63,829 nt of DNA, filler included, from Octopus bimaculoides (GCF_001194135.2; 5 parts of 4 records of this genome joined end to end with filler, not necessarily neighbours in it), one strand, 5' to 3'. Counted from the first letter of the whole stretch, positions 37,422 to 49,358 are shown. Notes: generated by a model from the sequence alone, not told the origin. Translations and numbers: made by a program.

Positions 37422-37721
37422 CTAAGTTATGAAAGCAGAAGTAATTATTGGAAAATCTCAATGACCAGTGGTCAGCTCAAATCTTTTCTGTTTCATTCAC
37501 AATTATTGAAATTTTGAAATTAAGTGAAAATTTTCAAATTAGTTTTTCAATGTAATTTTTTTCATGCTGAATCTAATCTTGTGATTCAATTGTTCCAGAA
37601 AAAAATTAAGAAAAATGTTACAGAGTTACACACACACACACACACACAATCTCTCTCTCTTTCTCTTTCACACACTCTCTCTCTCTTTCACACTCTCTCT
37701 CACACACATGCNNNNNNNNNN

Positions 37722-37885
37722 GGCTGCAATAAGGGTAGAGCACTTTCAGAAAACAGCACTGCTTGGAACCACTCGAATACTCCGGAAGGTACTCGAAAAA
37801 TAAGAGGTGTTTCCTCAGTTCAGCTGACACCATAGGATATCTCAAGCTGTGCAAAGGCAATAATTAATAATAATAATAATAATAA
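37722..37885 (+). mobile_element. 3' end of the R4/Dong-like LINE with (TAA)n tail
   Basis: GGCTGCAATAAGGGTAGAGCAC..CTCGAAAAATAAGAGG..AGCTGTGCAAAG matches 3699-3855. Confidence 0.85.
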
Positions 37886-38052
37886 TAGTTTATAGAGAGG
37901 ACTGGAAACTCAGCAGAAATGTAATAGATAGAGAGATGAGTTCTTAACTTTTGTCATTGAGCTGGCTGTAGTGATGGATTACGTCAGCTATGTTTACCTT
38001 AGTGATGGAATTTGGCAATCGTATACAAAAATTAAGAACTCATCTCTCTATC

Positions 38053-38087
<35 letters not shown>

Positions 38088-38202
38088 GTCCTTTTTATTA
38101 TAAGCACAGGCCTGAAATTTTGGTGGAAGGGGTGCAGTCAATTTCATCAACCCTAATATCCAAGTGGTACTTAAATGTTATTAGTCTTGAAAATAAACGA
38201 AC

Positions 38203-38234
38203 CAACAGCTTCCTCTGGTGTTAAGACATCTTTT
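38203..38234 (-). CDS. ENOSF1: ENOSF1 microexon (32 nt)
   Basis: cag|a KDVLTPEEAV g|gttcgt; phases fit both neighbours. Confidence 0.85.
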
Positions 38235-38901
38235 CTGAAAATTATAAAAATGATTTAATTATCAAAATTCATTAAAAGTTATATATCTTTATCAAATCAC
38301 TACAACACAATTACTATCAACATCATCCATAACAACATCAACAACATTTTGTGCAATATGGCTGACTTCAACTGGTTAATTACTTTTTGATTGCAAATTT
38401 TTAATTAGAAAGAAGATGGTTAGTGTGATAAATTTACTAAGTTCTAATTTTCTCATGTATAACTAAATAAATTTAAATCCAGTATATGTAATTGGGACAA
38501 TATTAAATTAAAATAGCCATCTATGTATCATACTTAAATTATATACACCATTGAAAGGCCAGCTACTGTGGTATTTGTCCTGAAACAACATCTCTTATGA
38601 ATATATCTTATCCAATAGCAAACAGCAGGAACACAGTTTCAGACAGCAAGATGGTTTTCAGCCTTTTTTGGGTCTTTTCCATAGCATGTGCTTGCAACCA
38701 GCCACATGCTTGGACGAGAATCCATTGCATACTATTAAAGATAAAGTGAATAAAATTAATGGCCAGGTCCCTTAATTCCCTTAATTCTCTTAATTCCTAA
38801 TGGCCTGTTCCTTTAATTCCTAATGGAATGTTTATGATAAAATGATTTAAAAGATGGTTTAGAATCAAGATTTGATAAAACAATTCAAGAAATAAACTTA
38901 C

Positions 38902-38942
38902 ATATATCTAAAATCGATAACAGAGACAAGTTGCTGTGGATC
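38902..38942 (-). CDS. ENOSF1: ENOSF1 microexon (41 nt)
   Basis: cag|DPQQLVSVIDFRY at|gtaagt. Confidence 0.92.
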
Positions 38943-40139
38943 CTGTGAGAAACAAGAAATGGTAAAATAAAACCTTTAATATGATAATAAATAAATTGAC
39001 GAAGCAATTAGCTAAATTGAAATCTTTCTGTTATATAAAATATAACCCTTTTGATAGTGTCTGAAACTGCCCCTTGTCCTATGACACATATTCCTTGTTT
39101 GAAAACTGCCATCAAAATTTCATGTTAATTTCAATTTCAGCAGAATAATGGCAAATGGAAGGTGCATGGCTTAGTGGTTGGGGCATTCTGCTCACAATCG
39201 TAAGGTTATGAATTCAATTTCTGGTGACATGTTGTGTCCTTGAGCAAGACTCTTTATTTCACGTTGCTTCAGTCCACTCAGCTGGTAAAAATGAGCAGTA
39301 CCTGTATTTCAAAAGGCCAGCCTTATCACATTCTGTGTCACGCTGAATCACCCTGAGAACTACATTAAGGGCACACGTGTCTATAGTGTACTCAGCCACT
39401 TGTACATTAATTTCACGAGCAAGCTGGTCCAGGAATTGAAACCAGTCATAGGATCATGAGTCCAACACCCTAACCACTAAGATATGTGCCTCTACTATAT
39501 GATTTAATTGAAGGAAGAAGAAGAAAATAACTGAAAAAATATACCCAAATTGAATGTACATTCTTTTGTACTCTAGGAACAAGGCCTGAAATTTTGGGGG
39601 AGGGGGACAATGAATTAGATCAACCCCAGCATGCAACTGGTACTCGATTTATCAATCCCGAAAGGATGAAAGGCAAAGTCAACCTCGGCAGAATTTGAAC
39701 TCAGAACGTGAAGACAGATGAAATACTGCTAAGCTTGCTACCTTAAATTGAATGTATATTGACTAATGTATATATTGACTAATGTATATATTGACTAATT
39801 GACTAATGTTATTTTCTTGAAGTTTTGCACCAGTCTGCCAGTCAACACTTTTCCACTGGACTTTTCTGTTACTTTCAAGTTTATATTTGATAAGGGGAAG
39901 CTTTCCTAAAATATTATAGAGGCATTAGGCAATGTATATATGGTGATACCATATCTTTTCTCTTTGATTTCATTTATTGACATCACCCTACATAGTTTGT
40001 TCTTAATATTTAATAAAATTTGATTTACTGTGAAATAATTTGATCACTTTGTTAATGAATTATCAAGTAAAATACTCCAAATTAACGATCAACATTCAAT
40101 TAAGAGTATTTCAAGTGTTTATATATGAGTTTCACTTAC

Positions 40140-40166
40140 CATATCAACCAAAAGTTTCCATAAAGG
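40140..40166 (-). CDS. ENOSF1: ENOSF1 microexon (27 nt)
   Basis: cag|PLWKLLVDM|gtaagt. Confidence 0.92.
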
Positions 40167-40377
40167 CTGGAAATTAAAAAAAATAAATTAAAGAAATCAG
40201 CAAACAAATTTTTAGAAAATAGTAAAAGATCACATCAAAACATAAAAATTGATAAAACTGCATAAAATAATAAAACATCAGACACTGCTGCAACATACTA
40301 CTGCTGCTGCTGCCTTACTACTACCACTAATATTGCTGCTGCTGCTGCTGCTACTACTACTACTACTACTACTGCTA

Positions 40378-40421
<44 letters not shown>

Positions 40422-40739
40422 ACAGTTTTTAATAGTTGTCTAGTTTATTCTATTGATCTCCATAACAATAAAAAGTTAAAAATAACCCCAGCAGAACTTG
40501 GATTCAGAATGTGAAGGGATGTAACTAAATACCACAATACATTTTGTCCATTACTCTACAAAGTCCATATAGCAAACCCTCAGATGTATCTAATTACCTC
40601 ATGGTACTGAGTTCAAATCCTCCTGTGTATATAGCCCAAAGACTGACCATTTGTGACCAGGAGATATTTCTCAGTTACTGGTAGAATATACAGAATGATG
40701 CAGGAGAAAATAAAAACCATTATTATTATTTTGTCTTAC

Positions 40740-40826
40740 CTTTCCTTCAATTTTGGCCCACAAGTCCCACAGAGCATTAACAATGGCAGCAGTTGCCAAG
40801 TGAATCACACCTTTTTCAGGACCAAT
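40740..40826 (-). CDS. ENOSF1: ENOSF1 exon
   Basis: cag|IGPEKGVIHLATAAIVNALWDLWAKIEGK|gtaaga. Confidence 0.96.
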
Positions 40827-40904
40827 CTGCAATGGAATGGTTTAAGTTAATATTCAATTCATTTCTTGTGTTCTTCAGGCAGTGGGTTCGTTGTTGTTGG
40901 CACT

Positions 40905-41267
40905 CCATCAAAAACAACATCGAGGGTTCCAGTTGATCCGAACAACGGAACAGCCTGCTCATGAAATTAACATGCAAGTGAGCACTCCACAGACACGTGT
41001 ACCCTTAACGTAGTTCTTGGGGATATTCAGCGTGACACAGTGTGACAAGGCTGACCCTTTGAATTACAGGCACAACAGAAACAGGAAGTAAGAGTGAGAG
41101 AAAGTTGTGGTGAAAGAGTATAGCAGGGTTCGCCACCATCCCCTGCCGGAGCCTCGTGGAGCTTTAGGTGTTTTCGCTCAATAAACACTCACAACGCCCG
41201 GTCTGGGAATCGAAACCGCGATCCTATGACCTCAAGTCCGCTGCCCTAACCACTGGGCCATTGCGCC
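40905..41267 (-). mobile_element. tRNA-derived SINE, family C
   Basis: Minus-strand head GGCGCAATGGCCCAGTGGTTAGGGCAGCGGAC with A box and B box GGTTTCGATTCC; other copies at 39160-39430 (+) and 63450-63620 (-). Confidence 0.85.
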
Positions 41268-41497
41268 TTCACAAGCTCACAATATATAGAAGACTACAAA
41301 GCGACCATCAGTCACTGGTCTTGCAAAAGCAAATAAGTTACCAAAATTTTGAAAAACTTTTTGACTCAGCACAATATACTATGTTATGTAAATCATTCTT
41401 AATTGGACTGTACAATTAATTTATAAAATTCCTTTAAAAGGAAAATTAATGGTATGTAAACAGGAAAATAATATTCATTAAAAAATAAAATACACAC

Positions 41498-41613
41498 CCA
41501 TCGCATTTGGTCGTCACTGGTCAATTGTCTCCAGAACATTCCAAAGTCTTTGTAAATATCTTTGATTTTGGTACCAACAACAAGTTTACTGAGAGACTTA
41601 ACAGCACAACAGA
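41498..41613 (-). CDS. ENOSF1: ENOSF1 exon
   Basis: cag|(V)CCAVKSLSKLVVGTKIKDIYKDFGMFWRQLTSDDQMRW|gtgtgt. Confidence 0.94.
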
Positions 41614-43115
41614 CTGGGCAAAAAGTAGCAGAAATATCAGTGAATTTATAATTGCACAGAACTATATAACATAATATCAAGAAAATCATTTTGCTGCACC
41701 TTGGGAGGGTTATTTGGCTGATAATAAATACATGTACTGGTTCTATTTCAGTTCTTTTAAAATTTGTTAATTGGTTAACTATTTAACCAACTGATTAATT
41801 GATTGGTTGATTTCTTGCTCAGTTAATCACTCAATAAACTATGTTTGTCAAAGGTGACCTGGAGCAGAGACAATTGGAACCTGGACCTGTAAAACTGTTC
41901 AACCCATGCCAGCATGGAAACCGGACCTTAAATGATGATGAACTTATTGTATACAGTGCTCAGGTGCTGCACTACAACTAATCAGAAAAAGTAGCCAAAA
42001 GTGCAAGAATTTCACCTCTAACGTCGCAATACGAGTGGCCCCGATCGCTCCCTTCGATCATTGCCTTGTCGTGAACGGATACCAATGGATGACGCGCAGA
42101 TGAGGCCTTTTTCCATCATTCCATGCTTTTCGTAANNNNNNNNNNNNNNNNNNNNNNNNNNNNNNNNNNNNNNNNNNNNNNNNNNNNNNNNNNNNNNNNN
42201 NNNNNNNNNNNNNNNNNNNNNNNNNNNNNNNNNNNNNNNNNNNNNNNNNNNNNNNNNNNNNNNNNNNNNNNNNNNNNNNNNNNNNNNNNNNNNNNNNNNN
42301 NNNNNNNNNNNNNNNNNNNNNNNNNNNNNNNNNNNNNNNNNNNNNNNNNNNNNNNNNNNNNNNNNNNNNNNNNNNNNNNNNNNNNNNNNNNNNNNNNNNN
42401 NNNNNNNNNNNNNCACGTGTGCAAACCGGACAAAAAAGTGATAGGGGACGTCAGGTGCATGGTTGGTGAATTTCAGGAAGCATGGAAGGTTTGAAGAACG
42501 GTTTCTACTGTATCTAAAGTAGATTTTGCTTCTCAAAGTACAGTACAGTTTCTTTTTTTTTTTCACTGTATTTACATTACCTGTATTCTATTAGGTTCAT
42601 AAAACAATCTTTACTTAAATTATATTTTTATTTCTTGCTATTTCTCTCATTTCTACGATGTTCTGTCATTGATGTATAGAGAGAGAGTTTTACATGAGTT
42701 TTATAAGAAGTTATGATAATTTAAAAGGTGAAGATGTGGAAAATTCAGTCATCTGGGCAACCTTCTGGTCCTAGTTATGCCAGATGGAAAGGTGTTTGCA
42801 GGCACATCTTTTATCAGAGATGCCTTGAGGAAACAGGAAGGACACCCCAACACCAATAATGATATCATCATCATCCTTCAACCAGCCTATGGTTGGTCGG
42901 AACTCCATTGACAATCCCTTTTCACACTACACGGTTCTGCATTGCTGTGTTCAGATCTCTAATATCCAGCCCTGAGTCCTGAGATCTAGTATCTGGAAAT
43001 GTCAGTTTCCTGGAGAAAATACTTCCAGAGGGATATCATAGGAGCAGGGATGAGATAACCTCTTTCTCTGCTCGAGACAACAACAACAACAGCAACAACA
43101 ATAATCTTCCTTTAC

Positions 43116-43218
43116 CTATTTCATTTCCCCGTCCAACGGTGAAAGTGAAACCATGTCCCTCGAATTCTCCGTCCGTCTTTAAAATGATGTAACTGCAAGA
43201 ATAATCAGGCTGCTTGTT
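43116..43218 (-). CDS. ENOSF1: ENOSF1 exon (most 5' exon found)
   Basis: cag|NKQPDYSCSYIILKTDGEFEGHGFTFTVGRGNEI g|gtaaag. Confidence 0.94.
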
Positions 43219-43505
43219 CTGAAAAAGAAACATACAAAAATAATTAAATTTCATCATCATCATCATCGTCATCATCATTATGGCGGTGAGTTGGCAGAAC
43301 CGTTACTATGCTGGATGGAATGCTTAGTAGTATTTCACCCATCGCTACGTTCTGAGTTCAAATTCTGCCGAAGTCGATTTTGCCTTTCATTCGGGGTCAA
43401 TAAATTAAGTACCAGTTGCGTACTGGGATCGATCTAATCAACTGGCCCTCTTCCCCAAAAATTTCAGGCCTTGTACCTATAGTTGAAAGGATTATTATTA
43501 TTACT

Positions 43506-43832
43506 ACCTCCACCTTGTTTCTTTGTCCATAGACAAAATATCTCAAAGACCACTGGATGGATTTGGATGAAACTTTCAGGGATATTTGGCTTCATGACTG
43601 GCACGAATTGATTAGATTTTGGGATCAATTGGGTACTGAACAAAGATTCTGGATTATTTTTTCTGTTTTTTTATTTAATTTCTGAGAGTGGTCGGGTTCA
43701 TTTTTAGTGTTCTTGTTTGTGAGAGAGCAGTCAAGTTTATTTCAGATATTCTCATTTTAAAAATCATCTCCAGCTAATCGTTGAGAAGATGTTGGTGTTG
43801 CGTTGGTGGAGGTTCGTGCTCTCTGAGCGCTC

Positions 43833-43837
<5 letters not shown>
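43506..43837 (-). mobile_element. HINE/DINE-like non-autonomous element inserted in an (ATT)n tract
   Basis: Reverse complement aligns with 46676-46969; starts AACAAGAG, carries subterminal ACCTCC(A/G)CC, and ends GGTGGAGGT. Confidence 0.55.
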
Positions 43838-43878
<41 letters not shown>

Positions 43879-46180
43879 AGATCCATGAGTGTGGCATGCT
43901 GTCTAAGGCCTTTTTATAATCAACCCACGCAGAAGTGAGATTTCTGCGTTTGTTATGACAGTTCTCAAGTATCATGAGATTGATTAAGAATTGGTCTTTG
44001 CATCCATATGAGCCTCGTTGGCATCCTTTTGGTTCAGTGNNNNNNNNNNNNNNNNNNNNNNNNNNNNNNNNNNNNNNNNNNNNNNNNNNNNNNNNNNNNN
44101 NNNNNNNNNNNNNNNNNNNNNNNNNNNNNNNNNNNNNNNNNNNNNNNNNNNNNNNNNNNNNNNNNNNNNNNNNNNNNNNNNNNNNNNNNNNNNNNNNNNN
44201 NNNNNNNNNNNNNNNNNNNNNNNNNNNNNNNNNNNNNNNNNNNNNNNNNNNNNNNNNNNNNNNNNNNNNNNNNNNNNNNNNNNNNNNNNNNNNNNNNNNN
44301 NNNNNNNNNNNNNNNNNNNNNNNNNNNNNNNNNNNNNNNNNNNNNNNNNNNNNNNNNNNNNNNNNNNNNNNNNNNNNNNNNNNNNNNNNNNNNNNNNNNN
44401 NNNNNNNNNNNNNNNNNNNNNNNNNNNNNNNNNNNNNNNNNNNNNNNNNNNNNNNNNNNNNNNNNNNNNNNNNNNNNTAAAACTTGTTTCGCTTCTCAAA
44501 TCTTCGTATTCTTTGAGCTTTTGTTTGGACTTTTTGTTGCAGTGTTTCTTTTGCTGAAAGCAGTTCTTCTCTTGGTGAGAATCTATGTTTTCTCTTCATC
44601 TTTCTTCTTTTTCTGGTTTTTAAATTGTTTCCACAGATTAATTAATTCAATATTGATATTTCACCTCTCATTATTTCAATCTCTTTTTCCAGTTTGGAAT
44701 TCGTCTCAGGTTTGTATTTTTTTGTTTTTTACGATCCATACAACTAGTTTTAACTGTCTTAGCAGCTGCGTAAATAATTTCGTTTAATTCAATGAGATCT
44801 GGTTTTAGTTCTTGTATTATTTCCTTTGTTACATAGTTTCCAATTTTAATTTATTTTCTATTTTGGATTGTATTTGAGAACTTGTGAAGTGGTTCTCTAT
44901 CATGCATATTGGTATGTCTTACAACTGCAAGCTTATTCAGGATTTTCTGCTTCAGTTCTATCATAGACTCTCTGTGTTCTTCAGTAAATGTGTAGTCTTC
45001 AAATATTGTTTCTTTACCACTTTCCTCCTCGCTATCTTTATCAGGTTCATTACAACTTATTTCTCCAGACGTTTGTGTGTCTGGTCAGATGGCAGTCTTT
45101 TGATTGAGACTCTTCATCTAGTTCTTCATTTCCTTGCTGTCTGATACTTAAATCATTTTCCTCTGCGTGCTTGACTGCAATTATTTCACTATCTGTGAGT
45201 CTTTTATTTCTGAAGATATCCTTCCAAACATTTGCTAACTTGTTTTCATCCAAATATAGTCTGCTGTCTTGATTTCCTGTCCTCCATATTTAATAAGTGT
45301 GCGTGATGTGTTTCTCTTCAGATGGCCTGCCTAATGCATAGTAATAGGTGTATATTACTTCTGTATACTCTTCTTGGGCCCATTTGATCCCCTTACATAT
45401 TTCTTTCTGTGGTGAGTGTGGTGGTGGACTTGGAGAGCTCGAGTTGGGGCAGTTCCCATTCAAGTGACCATCCAGGCTTGTGCCAGTGGATAACTTTTCG
45501 ACCCCAGACTGGCTCTCCCTTGGGGGACACACTTTCAGATTAACCATAGGACAAGCAATTTGGTATACCGTTGTAGTTTCCTTTTTGCTTCGTTAGACAT
45601 ATTTGTACTAGATTAAAATATTAGTATTAAGCCTTGTATTGTGGCAGATGTAGAGATGGTTGTTGCTTCTGCCATTAATACCTGTACAGTTACTTTAACC
45701 TTGCCATTACAGCATTCCTTATCATTAGTTGTCACCAATAGTACCTTGATCTGTATAGGTGTTGCTAACTTTTGTAGCCATGGCGACAGTATAACTGTTA
45801 CTTATTTAAATCTACGGCCTTTGCTACTACTACTACTGTGTGGTATTATTAAATGTTGTTTAGTTTTGACTTTTGTCTTGTACTTGAGATAATCTTAAAT
45901 ATGTGAGGGTTGAAGGGAATAGTAGGAGGAAGAGAAGCAGCTTGGTGAATAAACTAAATTCTACAGGTCTATAAAAAGATTCAGCAGATGGTGAGGAGGA
46001 GATTAACAAAGGGCCTTTGAATTCCTGTGTGATAAGGAGACAAAAGAAGCCTCACACTCCTTGGGGTCAGCAAAGGTCAAATGTATTTACTACTACTAAC
46101 AATCAATGAGAGTGCTGAACTTGGTCTTGAAAAGAACCAATTCACCTTGTTCTATTTTGAATTACTGATAGAAAAATGAT
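43879..46180 (-). mobile_element. 5' half of an R4/Dong-like LINE, breaking off inside RT
   Basis: TKAQRIRRFEKRNK, GCKDQFLIN and WVDYKKALDSMPHSWIL. N-terminal region homologous to 5190-6135; 5' UTR homologous to 105-193. Confidence 0.85.
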
Positions 46181-46335
46181 AGTGTGTGTGTGTGTGTATA
46201 TATATATATATTGCAGAGATTTACTTGCATAGCAAGTGACCTGATTTGAGATCGTGTGCTGGAACGAAAACAATTGCAGTGTGGAAGGTGTTTATAAGCC
46301 ATTTAAGAAATACACAAAAAACTGTTAGATTCACA

Positions 46336-46495
46336 TCAACATTTAAATTTAATTTGCCAAAATATTTTCGTCACTTTGAGACCATGACCTGTTCACTGAC
46401 AAAATTCTGTGCTGCATCTCGGAATTTTGTCAGTGAACAGGTCGCGGTCTAAAAGCGACGAAAATATTTTGACACAAATTTAATTTAAATGTTGA
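46336..46495. repeat. Inverted repeat, 72-74 bp arms and 14-bp loop, each arm a hammerhead-like motif
   Basis: 46336-46407 pairs with 46422-46495; the right arm runs into a gap. Confidence 0.9.
46425..46474 (+). ncRNA. Candidate minimal type I hammerhead variant with G3-C8 core
   Basis: TGTCA | GTGAACA G | GTCGC-loop-GCGAC | GAAA ATAT T T | TGACA; the antisense twin is at 46353-46404 on the minus strand. Confidence 0.55.
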
Positions 46496-46675
46496 ANNNN
46501 NNNNNNNNNNNNNNNNNNNNNNNNNNNNNNNNNNNNNNNNTTAATTAATTAANNNNNNNNNNNNNNNNNNNNNNNNNNNNNNNNNNNNNNNNNNNNCTAA
46601 GCACTTTGCCCGGCGTGCTAACGATTTTGCCAGCTCCTCGCCGCCTTAGTTTTGATATAAATAAATATTATTATA

Positions 46676-46969
46676 AACAAGAGCACTCAGAGAGTGCAAA
46701 CCTCCGCCAAGGCTACACAAACATCCTCTCAACGATTAACCGGAGATGAATTTTAAAATGAGAATATCTCGTAATACTTCATGTAAAGTAGATATAACAA
46801 ATAATCCAGAATCCTTGTCCGGTACCGGATCAATCCCCAAATCTTATCAGTTCGTGCCAGTCACGAGGCCAAACATCCCTGAAAGTTTCAACCGAATCCA
46901 TTCAGCGGTTCTTGAGATATCTTGTCCAAAAACAAGCAAACAAACACGACTGAAAACAATACCTCCGCC
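46676..46969 (+). mobile_element. HINE/DINE-like non-autonomous element, second copy
   Basis: Homologous to 43506-43837; ACCTCCGCC at 46700-46708 and 46961-46969. Confidence 0.55.
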
Positions 46970-48329
46970 TGAGACTGAAACCGTGACTGTGTGATTTCGA
47001 AGCAGACATCTGAAGCCAGATAGTGAAGCCTGCGCCGAAACTAAATCTTCCGCTGGCAGCTCAAAGTTTTCCCAAGCAGGAAACCTCTGTGCCGCCCATC
47101 ATCGACACAAACTCGGTTCAGCCATATTGAACTGCGAAATTTGCAACGGGTTATGGCAGCGCGCTCCAGTCTCTTTACACAGTGCCTTCAACAGCATCAT
47201 CTTCATTTCAATGAAATCGAAGACAGCCACATTCTTCCAGCAACTATTGAAGCTTTCATAATTCAATGTTGTCCCGTGATCGGTTGATTAAATTTAGCCA
47301 TCGGCGAGATTTGAAATCAACACTACAAAGAGCCGTCCCGACGGCGCTACCATTTTGCTATTTACGTCTACTTACACACACACACATGTAAATTAAAACT
47401 TCAAGAATCATTACAGCGAGAGTATCTCATTTCCGATCTTCGGACGATTAGTAGTGACTACTTTCTCCTCTTCCTATTGTTCACATTTAAGTGTCTACAT
47501 ACATACTTAAAGACATATAAACATACTCAGACATGCATACAAATATATATGCATATATGTGTGTGTGTGCATGTGTGTTTGTGTATATGTGTGTGCTTCT
47601 CCGTGTATGTGCGTATTTATACACATATATGTACATACATACACTTATATATATATATATATATNNNNNNNNNNNNNNNNNNNNNNNNNNNNNNNNNNNN
47701 NNNNNNNNNNNNNNNNNNNNNNNNNNNNNNNNNNNNNNNNNNNNNNNNNNNNNNNNNNNNNNNNNNNNNNNNNNNNNNNNNNNNNNNNNNNNNNNNNNNN
47801 NNNNNNNNNNNNNNNNNNNNNNNNNNNNNNNNNNNNNNNNNNNNNNNNNNNNNNNNNNNNNNNNNNNNNNNNNNNNNNNNNNNNNNNNNNNNNNNNNNNN
47901 NNNNNNNNNNNNNNNNNNNNNNNNNNNNNNNNNNNNNNNNNNNNNNNNNNNNNNNNNNNNNNNNNNNNNNNNNNNNNNNNNNNNNNNNNNNNNNNNNNNN
48001 NNNNNNNNNNNNNNNNNNNNNNNNNNNNNNNNNNNNNNNNNNNNNNNNNNNNNNNNNNNNNNNNNNNNNNNNNNNNNNNNNNNNNNNNNNNNNNNNNNNN
48101 NNNNNNNNNNNNNNNNNNNNNNNNNNNNNNNNNNNNNNNNNNNNNNNNNNNNNNNNNNNNNNNNNNNNNNNNNNNNNNNNNNNNNNNNNNNNNNNNNNNN
48201 NNNNNNNNNNNNNNNNNNNNNNNNNNNNNNNNNNNNNNNNNNNNNNNNNNNNNNNNNNNNNNNNNNNNNNNNNNNNNNNNNNNNNNNNNNNNNNNNCTCA
48301 TTATTTCTCAACATTCTCTTTTTAAACAC

Positions 48330-48366
<37 letters not shown>

Positions 48367-48483
48367 CACACACACATATGCGCATATATTTCAAGCTTTC
48401 CGCCTTTGGCGCTTTCCATCTCCAACTCCGCCGCCACTTTCTCTTCTTAAATCCTGTTCACGTCCCCCCATTCGATTTCTACT

Positions 48484-48523
<40 letters not shown>

Positions 48524-49072
48524 AATCTCTCTCTCTCTCTTTCTTCTATCTTCATATGTGTGTCACTATCTATCTATCCATCTTTCTCTCCCTCTCCCCC
48601 TCTCTCTCTCCCTCACTCTCTTTCTCTCCCCCCCTCTCTCTCTATATATATATAAAGGTACAGGAAACTTATATGTTTACCATTCTGCTTAAATAATGGA
48701 ACTGCAGGTACAATATCCTTATATATCTCACGTCTCTTTTCATTCCTCCACTTCACTCTGTATTTCATATCTTCTCTACAATAATTATTACTTAAACATT
48801 TTCTCGCATCGTCACTGATGAAGGGATTTATAAAATATCCCGGAAACAGCTGTAAAACCTTCTCTTTATAAATATTCTGAAAACTATTGACAGCCTTGGA
48901 TTTTTTACTTCATTCTGTTAATTTTATATATATATATATATAACCCATGTGCATATCAGCACCTTCACACATACACTCTCTTTCTTTCTTTCTGTGTGTA
49001 TGTATGTATAGGTAGATAGATAGATAGATAGATAGATAGAAGAATGGATGGATGGAAGAATAAATCGATAGA

Positions 49073-49114
<42 letters not shown>

Positions 49115-49311
49115 AAACTCACAAACATGTTTAACAACCATTTTTACAACTTTCACTGCGCACCTCTCTCATTTCCACCCTTTAAAAACATGAATANNNN
49201 NNNNNNNNNNNNNNNNNNNNNNNNNNNNNNNNNNNNNNNNNNNNNNNNNNNNNNNNNNNNNNNNNNNNNNNNNNNNNNNNNNNNNNNNNNNNNNNNNNNN
49301 NNNNNNNNNNN

Positions 49312-49358
<47 letters not shown>

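Larger units (their letters stand above)
30677..43218 (-). other. ENOSF1: Gene span: enolase superfamily member 1 / L-fuconate dehydratase (first exon not found)
   Basis: Fifteen GT-AG exons total 1242 nt, giving 413 aa plus a stop in one frame. Motifs [41 protein letters not shown] and PGYS are present. Confidence 0.95.

Noticed and set aside
36490-37461. 323-aa ORF and overlapping His/Thr/Ser/Leu-rich ORFs
   Set aside because: Translation of GA/GT microsatellite; only the 39-nt ENOSF1 exon inside it is real.
41170-41267. tRNA gene
   Set aside because: A and B boxes are present, but the head continues into a long repeated body found elsewhere in the window; it is a SINE.
42014-42545. GC-richer insert around a gap in an ENOSF1 intron, considered as a nested gene or foreign DNA
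   Set aside because: More than half is N, and the readable parts give no recognisable protein or terminal repeats.
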